The notes: a model not told the origin generated them from the sequence alone. DNA of 41,248 nucleotides from Chthonomonadales bacterium (GCA_049967475.1 JBMFSQ010000030.1:1-41248); one strand, 5' to 3'; shown: positions 9,867 to 20,354, counted from the stretch's first letter. Made by a program: numbers and translations.

Positions 9867-10070
9867 GTGCGCCCTTCTCGTGGCCCATCCGATGAGCAAA
9901 TTGTAGGGGTTTGATCTTCTCGAGATGCTTGGCGCAACACGTCCTCGGTGGCAGCTCCGCTCGAAAGCACGGACTGCGGGGCACTGCTCGGCCGAGAAGG
10001 CTCGTGGGGCAGGGTGCGTGCGGAATACAGGATGCCTGCGCGACGAAAGTACCGTACGAAGGAGGTAGGG

Positions 10071-11372
10071 ATGGCGGATCGGCTTACACGGAGGGTCTTC
10101 CTTATGGGGTCCATAGCAGCAGGCGCCGTTGCCGCAAGCGGCGTATCGGCTGCACAAGGCCGCAGGCGACGCAGGATTTCCCCCAATGAAAAGCTGAATA
10201 TCGGCATCATCGGGGTAGCCAATCAGGGCCGCTTCAGCCTCGACAACGTGCGCAGCGAGAATATCGTAGCCCTGTGCGACATTGACGACAACTACCTGGC
10301 TGCTACTGCCAAGGAGTTCCCGGAAGCCAAGATCTATAACGACTTCCGCCGCATGTTGGATCAGAAGGACATTGACGCTGTAACCATTGCCACCCCAGAC
10401 CATGTGCATGCCATCGCCACCATGTGGGCCCTCAAATCCGGCCGGCACGTGTATTGTGAAAAGCCCTTGACCCATGACGTATGGGAGTGCCGTCAGGTTG
10501 AACGCGAGGCTGCAAAGGCGAAAGTTGCCACCCAAATGGGCACCCAGATCCATGCCGGCAGTAATTACCGGCGCGTAGTGGAGATCCTCCAGTCCGGTGC
10601 GATCGGAACCGTTCGCGAGGTACATGTATGGGTGGGCGGCGCATGGACCGGGGGAGAGAGCCGGCCCACAGACACCCCGCCGGTTCCGCCCAACATCCAT
10701 TGGGACCTGTGGCTGGGTCCCGCCCCCGAACGTCCGTACCATCCTGCATACATACCTGCCAGATGGCGGGGATGGTGGGACTTTGGCGGAGGAACACTCG
10801 CCGACATGGCCTGCCATCACATGGATCTCTCCCACTGGGCATTCAACCTTCGGGCTCCAACCACTGTGGAAGCTGAGGGTCCGCCTGTCAACCCGGAAAC
10901 CGCACCGGCCTGGCTTATCGTGCGGTACGAATACCCAGGCCGCGGCGAACAGCCGCCTCTAACGCTCACCTGGTACCACGGCGAAAAGCGCCCGCACTAC
11001 TTTGAAGAAGGCGTCCTTCCTCCGTGGGGCAACGGATCGCTCTTCGTTGGAGAGAAGGGCATGCTCCTGGCGGATTATGACCGATACAAGCTGCTGCCGG
11101 AGAAGGACTTCGAGGGCTTCCAGCCACCGCCCAAGACCATCCCGGACTCCATTGGGCATCACAATGAGTGGCTGCTCGCGTGCAAAACAGGTTCGCCTAC
11201 CCTTTGCAACTTCGACTATGCCGGCGCACTTACCGAAGCCGTGCTCCTCGGCAACGTGGCCTACCGCACAGGCCAGAAGCTGGAATGGGATCCTAAAGAG
11301 CTACGGGCCAAGAACTGTCCCGAAGCCGATCAATACATTCGAAGGCGCTACCGCGATGGCTGGCGGTTCTAG
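10071..11372 (+). CDS. Tat-exported Gfo/Idh/MocA NAD(P)-dependent oxidoreductase
   Basis: GGAGG RBS before ATG 10071; twin-arginine TRRVFL; IGIIGV Rossmann motif; ATPDH.H; CEKP; DMACH. Confidence 0.92.
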   Translation: MADRLTRRVFLMGSIAAGAVAASGVSAAQGRRRRRISPNEKLNIGIIGVANQGRFSLDNVRSENIVALCDIDDNYLAATAKEFPEAKIYNDFRRMLDQKDIDAVTIATPDHVHAIATMWALKSGRHVYCEKPLTHDVWECRQVEREAAKAKVATQMGTQIHAGSNYRRVVEILQSGAIGTVREVHVWVGGAWTGGESRPTDTPPVPPNIHWDLWLGPAPERPYHPAYIPARWRGWWDFGGGTLADMACHHMDLSHWAFNLRAPTTVEAEGPPVNPETAPAWLIVRYEYPGRGEQPPLTLTWYHGEKRPHYFEEGVLPPWGNGSLFVGEKGMLLADYDRYKLLPEKDFEGFQPPPKTIPDSIGHHNEWLLACKTGSPTLCNFDYAGALTEAVLLGNVAYRTGQKLEWDPKELRAKNCPEADQYIRRRYRDGWRF

Positions 11373-11502
11373 GGTGCGAGCGAGCCTTGGCGATAACCAG
11401 GGCGCGTCGTGCCCCGATCGGCGCATCCTTCAGGCGGCTGACGGAAGCCGCGCGCGCTGCACCCGTCGCTTCGGCCAGCTCCAAGGGATAAGGAGAACGC
11501 TT

Positions 11503-13239
11503 ATGTGCGGATTGGCCATCGGCATTCTGTGCGCTTTCGGGCACGGCGCAAACGCAGCGCCCGTCTGGAAGCCGCCCCGCATCCCGTTGCGCGCAACTGC
11601 AGAACTTGCCGGGGACTTTCACCGAAGGATCCGGCAGTCTCTCCAGCGCCTCAGCGCTTCTCCCTATACCATGGACTTCATTCTCGCCGACGTGAACTTC
11701 AATCAACACCGCATCTTCACAGAGTACAGTGGGGATATCTCAGGCAGGATGGTCAGCATGATTGCCCGCGAGCGCCGTTTCGGCCTTCCCGATAGCTGGC
11801 CGCTCGAGGACCTCCTCGCGGGATTGCAGGCAGCTCAACAGGCAGACGGGCATTTCGGCAAACCACAGGACTTGGCGCACGAAATCGTCGGCGACCGAGA
11901 TATGCCGATCTTATGGGGCAACGGCCGTCTTTTGATAGGGCTCGTGGAAATCTATGAGGCATCCCGCAATCAACGAGCCCTCGCCATTGCACGCCGGTTA
12001 GGCGATTACTACGTTGCAACAGACCAATATCTGGACAAGCCCGAATTGGTGAACAGGTTCGGCAACTACGCTGCGGGTTTCGCAACCTGCTACTTCAGCG
12101 GCATCGAAGGTCTGGCAGGATTATGGCGCGTTACACACGACGATCGGTACCTTGTTCAGGCACGCAACATGGCTCAATTGATGATGCAGTCCACCAAACC
12201 GGGGGAACAACACAGCCACGGGCGCCTCTGTGCGCTCCGGGGACTGCTGGATCTCTACATCGCCACGGGCGACGCGGCCTACCTCAGATACGTGAGGGAC
12301 GAGTATCAATACACGCAAACCCACTACCTTTGGCCCACAGGCGGCCTGAGCGAGATGACCGTGCCGACATTCCAACGCGATGAAGGATGTACAGAAGCGG
12401 ATTGGCTGCGCCTCAGCCTCGAGTTATGGCGGCTCACCGGAGAGAACCGCTATATGGACGACGCGGAGTGGACGCTCAAGAACGAGATGGCCGTGAACCA
12501 GTTCCCTAACGGGGGCTTCGGGCATCATACGGCCCTTTTCACCGCGGGTCTCATGGATGGATATGCCACCATCACCAGCCAAACTGCTCAGGAGGCATAC
12601 TGGTGCTGCTCGGAGCACTGCCCCCGCGCGCTTCTGGATGCAGCAGCGTATGCCGTGGTGGCCCGCGGTGCCGACGTCTTCCTCAACCTCTACGAGCCCC
12701 TCACAACGAAGGTCATGGTGAATGGGCGGCCCGTTGCGTTCTCTATCCAACCTTCCCAGGGCGGGTCTTCTGTCGGGATTATCGTGTCTGTGAAACGCCC
12801 GGCTCGGTTCACACTCCATCTGCGGAAGCCGGCCTGGTGTTCGAGCATGGCGGTGGACGGCCGGCTCAAGCCTACAGGCGCCAATGGAAGCATTGCGTTG
12901 GACCGCACCTGGCGCGGTGCTACTTCCCTAACCCTTCACTTCGCAGAGACACTCCGGGTATGGCGAGAGGGGCAACCGGCGTTCGGCATTCCGATGGGCC
13001 GCATGGAGCCCCAACCGGATGCACCGGTTGTTCTCTTCTACGGGCCTTATCTCCTCGGTCGTGATGCAGGGGCGGACACGGAGCCTCCGGTGATCACGAG
13101 GGCAGAAACCGCGCCGAGTGCGGACGCAAGGTTCCATTTCCGCTGCATAGACGGCCGAGAAGTGGTCTTCCGGCCGGTTGCGGAAATTGCCGAAGGTGGG
13201 GCGGGTTTCCGCATCCGGGTAAGGTTGGCTCCCAATTAG
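11503..13239 (+). CDS. GH127-like beta-L-arabinofuranosidase (Cys/Zn type), probably exported
   Basis: AGGAG RBS 7 nt before ATG 11503; GGLSE, DEGC and YWCC match the HypBA1-type Glu/Cys motifs; L.LRKPAW; YGPYLL. Confidence 0.78.
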   Translation: MCGLAIGILCAFGHGANAAPVWKPPRIPLRATAELAGDFHRRIRQSLQRLSASPYTMDFILADVNFNQHRIFTEYSGDISGRMVSMIARERRFGLPDSWPLEDLLAGLQAAQQADGHFGKPQDLAHEIVGDRDMPILWGNGRLLIGLVEIYEASRNQRALAIARRLGDYYVATDQYLDKPELVNRFGNYAAGFATCYFSGIEGLAGLWRVTHDDRYLVQARNMAQLMMQSTKPGEQHSHGRLCALRGLLDLYIATGDAAYLRYVRDEYQYTQTHYLWPTGGLSEMTVPTFQRDEGCTEADWLRLSLELWRLTGENRYMDDAEWTLKNEMAVNQFPNGGFGHHTALFTAGLMDGYATITSQTAQEAYWCCSEHCPRALLDAAAYAVVARGADVFLNLYEPLTTKVMVNGRPVAFSIQPSQGGSSVGIIVSVKRPARFTLHLRKPAWCSSMAVDGRLKPTGANGSIALDRTWRGATSLTLHFAETLRVWREGQPAFGIPMGRMEPQPDAPVVLFYGPYLLGRDAGADTEPPVITRAETAPSADARFHFRCIDGREVVFRPVAEIAEGGAGFRIRVRLAPN

Positions 13240-14081
13240 CTGCCGTGCTCCACTCCCTGGCATTTGGGGCAGAAGTAGATGAAGCCTGTCCCGAAGCCCT
13301 GCCGGTGCGCCTGAATGAGGGTGCCGCACACCCTGCAAGGATGCCCGGCGCGCCCGTGGACCCAAAGGCGGTCCCTCAAGTCCAATCGAATGATCGTTCC
13401 CTGGCGACGCCCATTCGGCGAGAAGCGCTTGTACTCCCAGACGATGGACCGGAGGGCCTCCTTCGGCAAGTTGTGCACGCGCGTGAACGGGGATATGCGC
13501 TGCAAGAACAGCACTTCGGACCTCCAGAGAGATCCTTCGTGCCGACCTCCCGGCACAAGCGCCAACGCTGCTCCCACCTCGGCGTTGGGATGCGCCGCAA
13601 GAACAGCCTTCACATCTTTGGCCGAAGGAGGGGGAGACGCGCCCAGAACCGCTCGCCACAAGTGAGCGGCCTCGCGTGCGGTGAGGAGTTGACACGCGGC
13701 CTCCCCCACACAGTAAGCAGTCGAGTGCTCCGTGCAGAGAATGACGGAGGGCGGATCCGGCCCAAGATCCGCAACATGCCGGGAAGTTGTGTGCCATTCA
13801 CCCCCGGCCTGGTGGTCGCTGTGCAACAGCAAATCCCGCTGGTGCAACCCGAGGCTGAGCGGATCACCGCGCAACAGGGAACCGGGTTGCTCTCCATCGC
13901 GGAGCACAATGAAGAGGCTGTGTCCTCGCAATTCCACGCCTGCTACGACGCGGCCCACTACGTGGTTTGCGTTGTTCGGATGGGCGATGCCGCTGGCAAC
14001 TGCATCGAACCGTACGATCCTGAGCCCGACGAGGCTCCTGCGCAGCGCCGCCGCTACCCGGTTGAGGTTATTTCGTTCCAT
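13236..14081 (-). CDS. Fpg/Nei DNA glycosylase family homologue with degenerate catalytic motifs
   Basis: SEVLF...ISPF (H2TH) and WVHGRAGHPCRVCG...FCPKCQ zinc finger; N-terminal Pro is absent. Confidence 0.75.
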   Translation of the reverse strand: MERNNLNRVAAALRRSLVGLRIVRFDAVASGIAHPNNANHVVGRVVAGVELRGHSLFIVLRDGEQPGSLLRGDPLSLGLHQRDLLLHSDHQAGGEWHTTSRHVADLGPDPPSVILCTEHSTAYCVGEAACQLLTAREAAHLWRAVLGASPPPSAKDVKAVLAAHPNAEVGAALALVPGGRHEGSLWRSEVLFLQRISPFTRVHNLPKEALRSIVWEYKRFSPNGRRQGTIIRLDLRDRLWVHGRAGHPCRVCGTLIQAHRQGFGTGFIYFCPKCQGVEHGS

Positions 14082-14195
14082 TCATCCATGCTTCATGGCA
14101 GGCTTGCGGAGCCGCGGCATACGCCGCTTCTTGCAAACGGGTTGCGACACTGCCCGGCAGCGCGCGCGAACCTCCTCCGAAGAACAGGCATCAGC

Positions 14196-17100
14196 TTACT
14201 GCCGGCCGTCATCTTCCATCAACGCATGGAGGGCTTGATAGGGAGACACGTACCGCGTATGGTAGCGCTCCCAATCTCCCCGGTGTGCCCTGTACACAGG
14301 GTCATCGTCCAGCGATCGGAGAGGCCCGGCATAGCGCCGATCGGTATGGGAGGGGAGGGGCAGTACGGTGCGCGAGAAGCCTGTATTGACGTTGCCATCC
14401 TTCTCCCAGCCGTCGCTGATGAACACGAAGTCCCGCTTGATCCCTGGGCGCGGTGCCGCAAGAGCGGGGAACCGCAAAGCCAATTCATCTCCGGCATTCA
14501 GGATCACATACCGGTCATCCACCCGCGCCACCAGCTCCTTCACATCGCCGTAACGCGTGTAGTAACCTACGAGGTCTCGCCATGGCTGCCCGGTAGACCA
14601 GAGGGCCTCGTACTCCGGCAATTCGGGGCTACTGAAGCCGGCCTGTTTGACTACGGAAAATCCCCGGAACCGAAGATCAGCACTGTAGGGCTTCAATGCG
14701 TGCAGGTCCATGGCATGGGCTGGGCTGAGTTCTCGGGCTGTACCTAGGAAGTCCCAATAGACCTCCATATTTGTGCGAAGCCTCAGTTCATGGCGGCCGC
14801 CTGGTTTGAAGATACCTGTGAGGTCTACCAAGCACGTCTTGTTCTTCCCTGCAGGGAAGCCCAGATTGGGACGAACGGTTTTCCAGCCTCCATGGCCATC
14901 GGGCACCTCCAGGCTGACGGGCCTTGGAATGTCGTGATGTCCCGAGCTGATGGCGAGGTTGATGGAGCTATCCGTGGGGTGCAGCCATCCTTGGGCGACG
15001 AGCCATAGCCTACCGTTTCCCGGCGGATCAGGCCCCAGTTCAATCTGAACGTAGTGATCCTGGGCGATGCCTTGGTAGTCGCCCAGGCGGAACGTGTCCA
15101 GATACTTGCCGTCGCGAGCCCGCACCAGGTCCGTAACATCGCGGCCGTCCTGATCGAGAGCGCGGGCTACCGGCTGGGGTATCGTCATCAAATGCACAGC
15201 CTTAGGCGCCGGCGGGATAACGAACCTCTCATCCACGTAGATCTCGGTATCCGCCGGATGGTCAACAGCCAGGAGCTGTACCATATCGAAGAAGTGTGTT
15301 TCCCACAGCTCCCCTGTGACCCTGAGATCGTAGAAGCCGTCTCTCGGGGCGAGCTGGGTGCCCTCCACCTTAACCCAGTCCCGCGTGGTCGTTGACGACG
15401 CAGTGCCCTGAGCGTTGATGCGCAGACCCAAGGGCGAACTGAAGAGGATGTCTGTGATGAAGGTCATTTTGTGGCCGTCCCACGCGTACAACCATGGGCA
15501 CGAGCCAATGAGACGCTCGATGGCAACGAGCGAAGTGGCAGTCTTGAGCGGCTGCACCGGTTCCGTACCCGTGTCGAACTCGGCCTGAAGCACACCGTTG
15601 GGCCAAAGGATGCGCACGATGTCGGCAGTCGTGTACGACCCCAGGCCGAAATGGACATCCGGCCCATCCACGAGGGTTTTCTGGCTAAGGAGCCCGGCGC
15701 GAACTTCTATGGCGCCCCCCACGCCGAAGGTGTTGATGCGCCGGTCACCTGTAGATTGTCCTGGCCGCTCTTTCGCCTTGTAGCGGGCTCGAGGCCGCAC
15801 GAGGAACCAACCATAGTTCTTGGTGCCGCGGCCGGCGAGATATACGGGTTCACCCTTGGCATCTTTCCCCACTAAGTCTATTCGCCCGTCGGGGGTCGGC
15901 GGCGTGGGGTTTACATCCGAAGCCGGCAAGATCATGGGCGCTGCCGCGGCGGTACCCGAGCCGTCAACCAACCATATCCGTGTGCCGGATGAGCCCGTTG
16001 CTACAATATCCGGAGCGCCGTTATTGTCCAGATCGGCCATGAACAGGCGTGCCGACCCGTCCACCGGCGGACCGGCCCACTGCGCAACCGGCCGGCTGGA
16101 CCACCTCCTGGTATCGGGGTCGAACCGGAATTCGGTGATGGAGCCTTGGCGGGTGAGCGCCAGGATCTGGAAGGTGGCATCCCGCTCCAGATCGCATAGC
16201 GTAACGGCAAGCACATCATCCGCTGTCGGCGGGGACGGAAGGGGTTCGAACCGGCCGGACCTCTCGTTTTCGAACACGTGCAAGCGGCCTTTCCCGTCTA
16301 TTACCACTGCATCCGGATCGCCGTCGCCTGTAACGTCTCCCCAGCAGAACCCTTCAACGCCGGAGACGCCCGCAAACGGATATTGGGGCGCGAACGTGCC
16401 GTCCCCATTGTTGCGCAGAACTACGGGCCTGCCGTCTTGGAACCCAGGTATGAGATCCAGCGCACCGTCCCCCTCGATATCGGCAGCCCACACGCCCGTT
16501 AAGGGGCGATTTCGGATTGCGTCGGGTATGTGCGCGGTAGGTGTGGCGTCCACAAAGCTTCCGTTCTCGCGCTGGTGGTACAGGCGCAATCCCGCGTGTC
16601 CCGCCATCACCAGATCCGGGCGGAAATGATACGACCAGTCCGCAAAAAGGACTGCAGCTCGGCCTCCGCCAGAAGCGGATTGCGTCGGCGGGGCCGGAAA
16701 GGGAAGAAACAGATGTTGGCCCGCCGAGGCGATCTCCAGCCTTTGGCCGCGCACGCACGCGTAGGCCGTAGAGCCTTGGGGACGCGCCGGGGCTCCAAGT
16801 TCCTGCTGGAATTCACGAGCCGTTTCCTGAGGGAGTTCGGGCGCTAGAACGGCCGATACGACTGCGCTGCAAACACCCGTTTGAGCAAGACCTGGAACAG
16901 GGCGCGGCGTGAAGGTGAGCCCCATGTCCGGAGGAGCAGGGGTGGACGGCGGGTTCGGCGGCACGATGAAGTGCTCCAGCGGCGGTGCCACATCCTGTGC
17001 CGGTGTGGCGATCTCCGCCGAACTGCGCTGGTATGCCGGCGTCTGCTTGAGGACATTCAACAGAAAATGGGCACTCACAGCCGCTTGTTGCGGGCTTGTC

Positions 17101-17801
17101 TTTGCGGCGGTCTTGAGCTCCTTCAAATACTCCAGGGAGCCTGCAGGCCAACCTGCTGTAAGCGCGTCGAGCCCGGCCACCGCCTCGGCTAAGGCAGATG
17201 CATTGTTCGTGCGGGCGCTCAACAACGCAAGCTCCAGCCGCGCCAGGAGGTTGCGCGGCCGCTGCAAGGTGATTTCCCGAAGCTGATCCAGTTGCTCCTG
17301 ATCCGAAGCCGCATCCTGCCGGCGCTGGAGCATCTGCACGAGGCCATAGCGCAGGCGCACGTTGGACGGGTCGGCTTGGATTGCCTTCCGCATCTGGGCC
17401 ATCGCCTCGTCCAGTTTCCCCTGCCGCTCCATCAATCGTGCCCGAAGCTCGAGTAAGCGTGGATTGGCCGGAGCGATCTCCAATGCCTTCGCCAAGGCCT
17501 TCCCGGCTGCAGCCGTGTCCGAACCGGTAGCGCGCAAATAGGTAAGCGCAAGGTTAGCCCAACCTGCAGGCTCCTCCGGAACCAACTTCGTGGGCTCCGG
17601 AGCGAGCGCTTGAGCCCGCTTCTGATCGCCAACCCGAAGCGCGGTTGCTACCACCGTAAACGCCCGCACCATTCTGGTGTAGAGCGCGGGGTCGTCCTTT
17701 GGGAGTGTTGCGAGGTTCTTGCGCCCGCCGCAGCCGATCAGAGAGGAGATGCACAGCGCTGTTGCCAAGGCCCTCCGTAGCATGCGCATCCGCCGGGCCA
17801 T
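14196..17801 (-). CDS. TPR + FG-GAP + ASPIC/UnbV (CRTAC1-like) large lipoprotein
   Basis: Lipobox LIGC; N-terminal TPRs; DxxxDGxxD repeats; GVGGAIEVRAG...VHFGLG...WPNG; GSCPWLY; GGAG upstream of ATG 17801. Confidence 0.85.
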   Translation of the reverse strand: MARRMRMLRRALATALCISSLIGCGGRKNLATLPKDDPALYTRMVRAFTVVATALRVGDQKRAQALAPEPTKLVPEEPAGWANLALTYLRATGSDTAAAGKALAKALEIAPANPRLLELRARLMERQGKLDEAMAQMRKAIQADPSNVRLRYGLVQMLQRRQDAASDQEQLDQLREITLQRPRNLLARLELALLSARTNNASALAEAVAGLDALTAGWPAGSLEYLKELKTAAKTSPQQAAVSAHFLLNVLKQTPAYQRSSAEIATPAQDVAPPLEHFIVPPNPPSTPAPPDMGLTFTPRPVPGLAQTGVCSAVVSAVLAPELPQETAREFQQELGAPARPQGSTAYACVRGQRLEIASAGQHLFLPFPAPPTQSASGGGRAAVLFADWSYHFRPDLVMAGHAGLRLYHQRENGSFVDATPTAHIPDAIRNRPLTGVWAADIEGDGALDLIPGFQDGRPVVLRNNGDGTFAPQYPFAGVSGVEGFCWGDVTGDGDPDAVVIDGKGRLHVFENERSGRFEPLPSPPTADDVLAVTLCDLERDATFQILALTRQGSITEFRFDPDTRRWSSRPVAQWAGPPVDGSARLFMADLDNNGAPDIVATGSSGTRIWLVDGSGTAAAAPMILPASDVNPTPPTPDGRIDLVGKDAKGEPVYLAGRGTKNYGWFLVRPRARYKAKERPGQSTGDRRINTFGVGGAIEVRAGLLSQKTLVDGPDVHFGLGSYTTADIVRILWPNGVLQAEFDTGTEPVQPLKTATSLVAIERLIGSCPWLYAWDGHKMTFITDILFSSPLGLRINAQGTASSTTTRDWVKVEGTQLAPRDGFYDLRVTGELWETHFFDMVQLLAVDHPADTEIYVDERFVIPPAPKAVHLMTIPQPVARALDQDGRDVTDLVRARDGKYLDTFRLGDYQGIAQDHYVQIELGPDPPGNGRLWLVAQGWLHPTDSSINLAISSGHHDIPRPVSLEVPDGHGGWKTVRPNLGFPAGKNKTCLVDLTGIFKPGGRHELRLRTNMEVYWDFLGTARELSPAHAMDLHALKPYSADLRFRGFSVVKQAGFSSPELPEYEALWSTGQPWRDLVGYYTRYGDVKELVARVDDRYVILNAGDELALRFPALAAPRPGIKRDFVFISDGWEKDGNVNTGFSRTVLPLPSHTDRRYAGPLRSLDDDPVYRAHRGDWERYHTRYVSPYQALHALMEDDGRQ

Positions 17802-17907
17802 CGGGAACTCCACACGTGGCAAGAAGGAAAGAGCCGCTTCGTTGGGTCGGCTGCCGGCCATTCGCACGCCCCATTTTCTCGAACCGCACCGCACGAGGGA
17901 TCGGCCT

Positions 17908-19110
17908 TTACCGCCGTACCTGTTCAAAGAGGAATACGCCCTTCTTGTTGGAGGTCACGATATCGGGAAGGCCGTCGCCGTTGACATCGGCGACAGTGAA
18001 TTGCGTGCCCACGCCGGAATTGTCGTCTATCTGGTGCTTGATCCATTCCACCTTGCCATGGGTGCGGCGAAGTTCGTACCAATTCACGACGGCTGGAGCA
18101 TTGGGTTGCACATCACCCTCCGGGCCGTGGGCCCAGAAGCGCTTTCCGGTAACGATGTCCATCACGCCATCCCGGTTGATGTCGGCCAGCACCAGGGAGT
18201 GCGATTGGGAGAAGCTGTCATCTATCAGATGCTGCACAAACTCGGGCCCGTCGGGGCCCTTCTCCTGCTCCCACCACCAGATGCCGATGTTGTGAGCCGA
18301 GCTCGATATAAGGTCCGGCAAGCCGTCGCCGTTCACATCGTAAACGACGATCTGGGCGCAATCGGGCATCTGGTGTTTGAACGGGTGGAACGTCCAGGGC
18401 CCCTTGCGCGGATCCTTGGGCTGTTCCCACCATCCCGACGTGCAGATTATGTCCGGCCGGCCATCGCCGTTCACATCACCTATCCCCATGCCGTGGGAGA
18501 ACCGAGCGCATCCCGGCGCCTTCGGCTCGCTCACGATGTGGCACTGGAACTCAGCCTCAGGATCCGGAGACGGCTCGTACCACGCCATCTGGCTCTCGTC
18601 GAAAGGAAACACCAACACGGGCTTGTGATGGGCGATGAGAGGGGCGAATGCCGGGCTTTCGTTGCACGCGCTGCGCCAAATCACATGCTCCTTCCAGGGC
18701 CCCGGGGCGCCCTTCGGGTTCTCGCGCCAGACTGCCTTGTCGCCGGGAAAGCCGATCACGATCTCATCGGGCCAGCCATCGCCGTTGACATCGGCTGCAA
18801 AGCACAGAAAACAATTGCTGTAACCGTGTGCCGGATCGAATTTCTGCACGGGCTCGATCTCGTGCGGCGTCCAATTGGGCGCCTCGTACCAAAGATTGCC
18901 CGCCAGAATATCCATTTTGCCGTCCCGGTTTACATCGGCAACGGCTACGCCCTCCGACCGGAATTCCGTGTCTATCACGATCTTCTTGAACATAATCTCA
19001 CCACGCTTGGAAGGGGATTGCAGTCGGCCGTGAGCCGGCATTCGGACGGACGCCCCGATCATCACACCCGACACGGCTGCCATGGCCACTAGGTTGCGAT
19101 GCACTTTCAT
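17908..19110 (-). CDS. FG-GAP/VCBS-repeat beta-propeller exported protein
   Basis: Six D(V/I)N(G/R)DGxxD repeats; signal-like N-terminus from ATG 19110. Confidence 0.88.
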   Translation of the reverse strand: MKVHRNLVAMAAVSGVMIGASVRMPAHGRLQSPSKRGEIMFKKIVIDTEFRSEGVAVADVNRDGKMDILAGNLWYEAPNWTPHEIEPVQKFDPAHGYSNCFLCFAADVNGDGWPDEIVIGFPGDKAVWRENPKGAPGPWKEHVIWRSACNESPAFAPLIAHHKPVLVFPFDESQMAWYEPSPDPEAEFQCHIVSEPKAPGCARFSHGMGIGDVNGDGRPDIICTSGWWEQPKDPRKGPWTFHPFKHQMPDCAQIVVYDVNGDGLPDLISSSAHNIGIWWWEQEKGPDGPEFVQHLIDDSFSQSHSLVLADINRDGVMDIVTGKRFWAHGPEGDVQPNAPAVVNWYELRRTHGKVEWIKHQIDDNSGVGTQFTVADVNGDGLPDIVTSNKKGVFLFEQVRR

Positions 19111-19335
19111 CTTCCCATCACCGCCTTTGTTCCTGGGTAGGCCCACGCAAGGGGATGAACTTTGCCGGCGCAAAGGGACTACCGGAGCAGTGGAGAAGAT
19201 CCCACCGTCAAGCCGACGCCAGCCCCAATGCGCCCCCAGGTATCGGCGACACCATTCTGCGAGTGCGCGAAGAAATCCTCCGCCGTGAACGCGGGGTCTT
19301 CGCCTTTCCTCACACGATTGCCCTGCGGGTCCTAT

Positions 19336-20193
19336 TCAGGAAGCGAAGAGGCTCTTGAGGAAGGCAAGCCCATCGGCCGCAAGGGCGTCCTGGCTGGGAG
19401 CTAGGGGTCGCCAGATCGCGGCAGCCCGGGCAATCTCTTTCACTTCGGGGGTAAACGTCTCGATTACCACGGCGCCGCTGTACTCTACTGCCCGAAGCCC
19501 GTCTCGCAAGTCATTCCACCGAACCAGGCCGCGGCCGGGAGTGCCCCGATTACTCTCGCTGGCGTGTACATGCCTCAGCCGGGAACCAGCGCGCAGCACG
19601 GCGTCCAAGATGCTGTTCTCTTCGATCGTCATGTGAAACGTGTCCAAATGAATGGCGAGCGCTTCACTCCCCACCGCGTCCAAGAGTGAGCAGATTTGCT
19701 CACAGGTATTGACCATATCCGTTTCGAAGCGGTTGAGAGGTTCGAGCGCCATGACCACCCCTCGCTCCCAAGCCATTGCGCCTGCTCTCTTCAAACGCTC
19801 CACCGAGCGATCCCGCTCGCGAAGGCGCTCGTCGGCCGGAAGATGACGCGCCTTTCCCACCGCAGAATAGGCCGGCCCTGCAAAGACACGGGCGCCCACC
19901 TCTGCACAAAAATCAAGGGAACGGGCGATATAGTCCAGCCCGGCCTGGGCGATGGAAGCATCCTCGCTGCTCAGATCCCTACCCGGTCCGAAGGCTCCGC
20001 ACACCGTCACTCCAAGGGAATGGTCCTGCAAAAGGGAACGGACCACTCCGCCATCCACGAGCTCGGGGTCCTCCAGCGCGATCTCAACAGCATCAAAACC
20101 CATCTGGCGGATTTTGGGGAAGAGTAGGGGAGCATGCGCCGTTGTAAAGGGCGACACCCACGTCCACGTGTTCACACCAAACTGAATCTTCAT
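19336..20193 (-). CDS. Sugar phosphate isomerase/epimerase (D-tagatose/D-psicose 3-epimerase family)
   Basis: EPLNRFE, DTFH, HASESNRGTPG.G and VIETF metal-binding motifs; GGAGGT RBS before ATG 20193. Confidence 0.88.
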   Translation of the reverse strand: MKIQFGVNTWTWVSPFTTAHAPLLFPKIRQMGFDAVEIALEDPELVDGGVVRSLLQDHSLGVTVCGAFGPGRDLSSEDASIAQAGLDYIARSLDFCAEVGARVFAGPAYSAVGKARHLPADERLRERDRSVERLKRAGAMAWERGVVMALEPLNRFETDMVNTCEQICSLLDAVGSEALAIHLDTFHMTIEENSILDAVLRAGSRLRHVHASESNRGTPGRGLVRWNDLRDGLRAVEYSGAVVIETFTPEVKEIARAAAIWRPLAPSQDALAADGLAFLKSLFAS

Positions 20194-20354
20194 CTCGACC
20201 TCCGGGCGCCCTCGACGACGCTGCGGCCGGCTTGACGGAAGCGCCTGTGCCGGGCGCCTGCGCTCATAGTTCCTATGTAGGAGGCGCAAGTTCCTGCACC
20301 AGCCCTCTGCGCGCCGCACCTATGCGGATAGCAGCCGCGAATCCGCGGTCCGCT

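Noticed and set aside
8721..10835. 704-aa minus-strand ORF
   Set aside because: Antisense shadow of the DUF1080 and Gfo genes; no motifs; common in GC-rich DNA
11002..11502. N-terminal extension of the GH127 ORF
   Set aside because: Overlaps the Gfo gene in another frame; a better RBS and start exist at 11503
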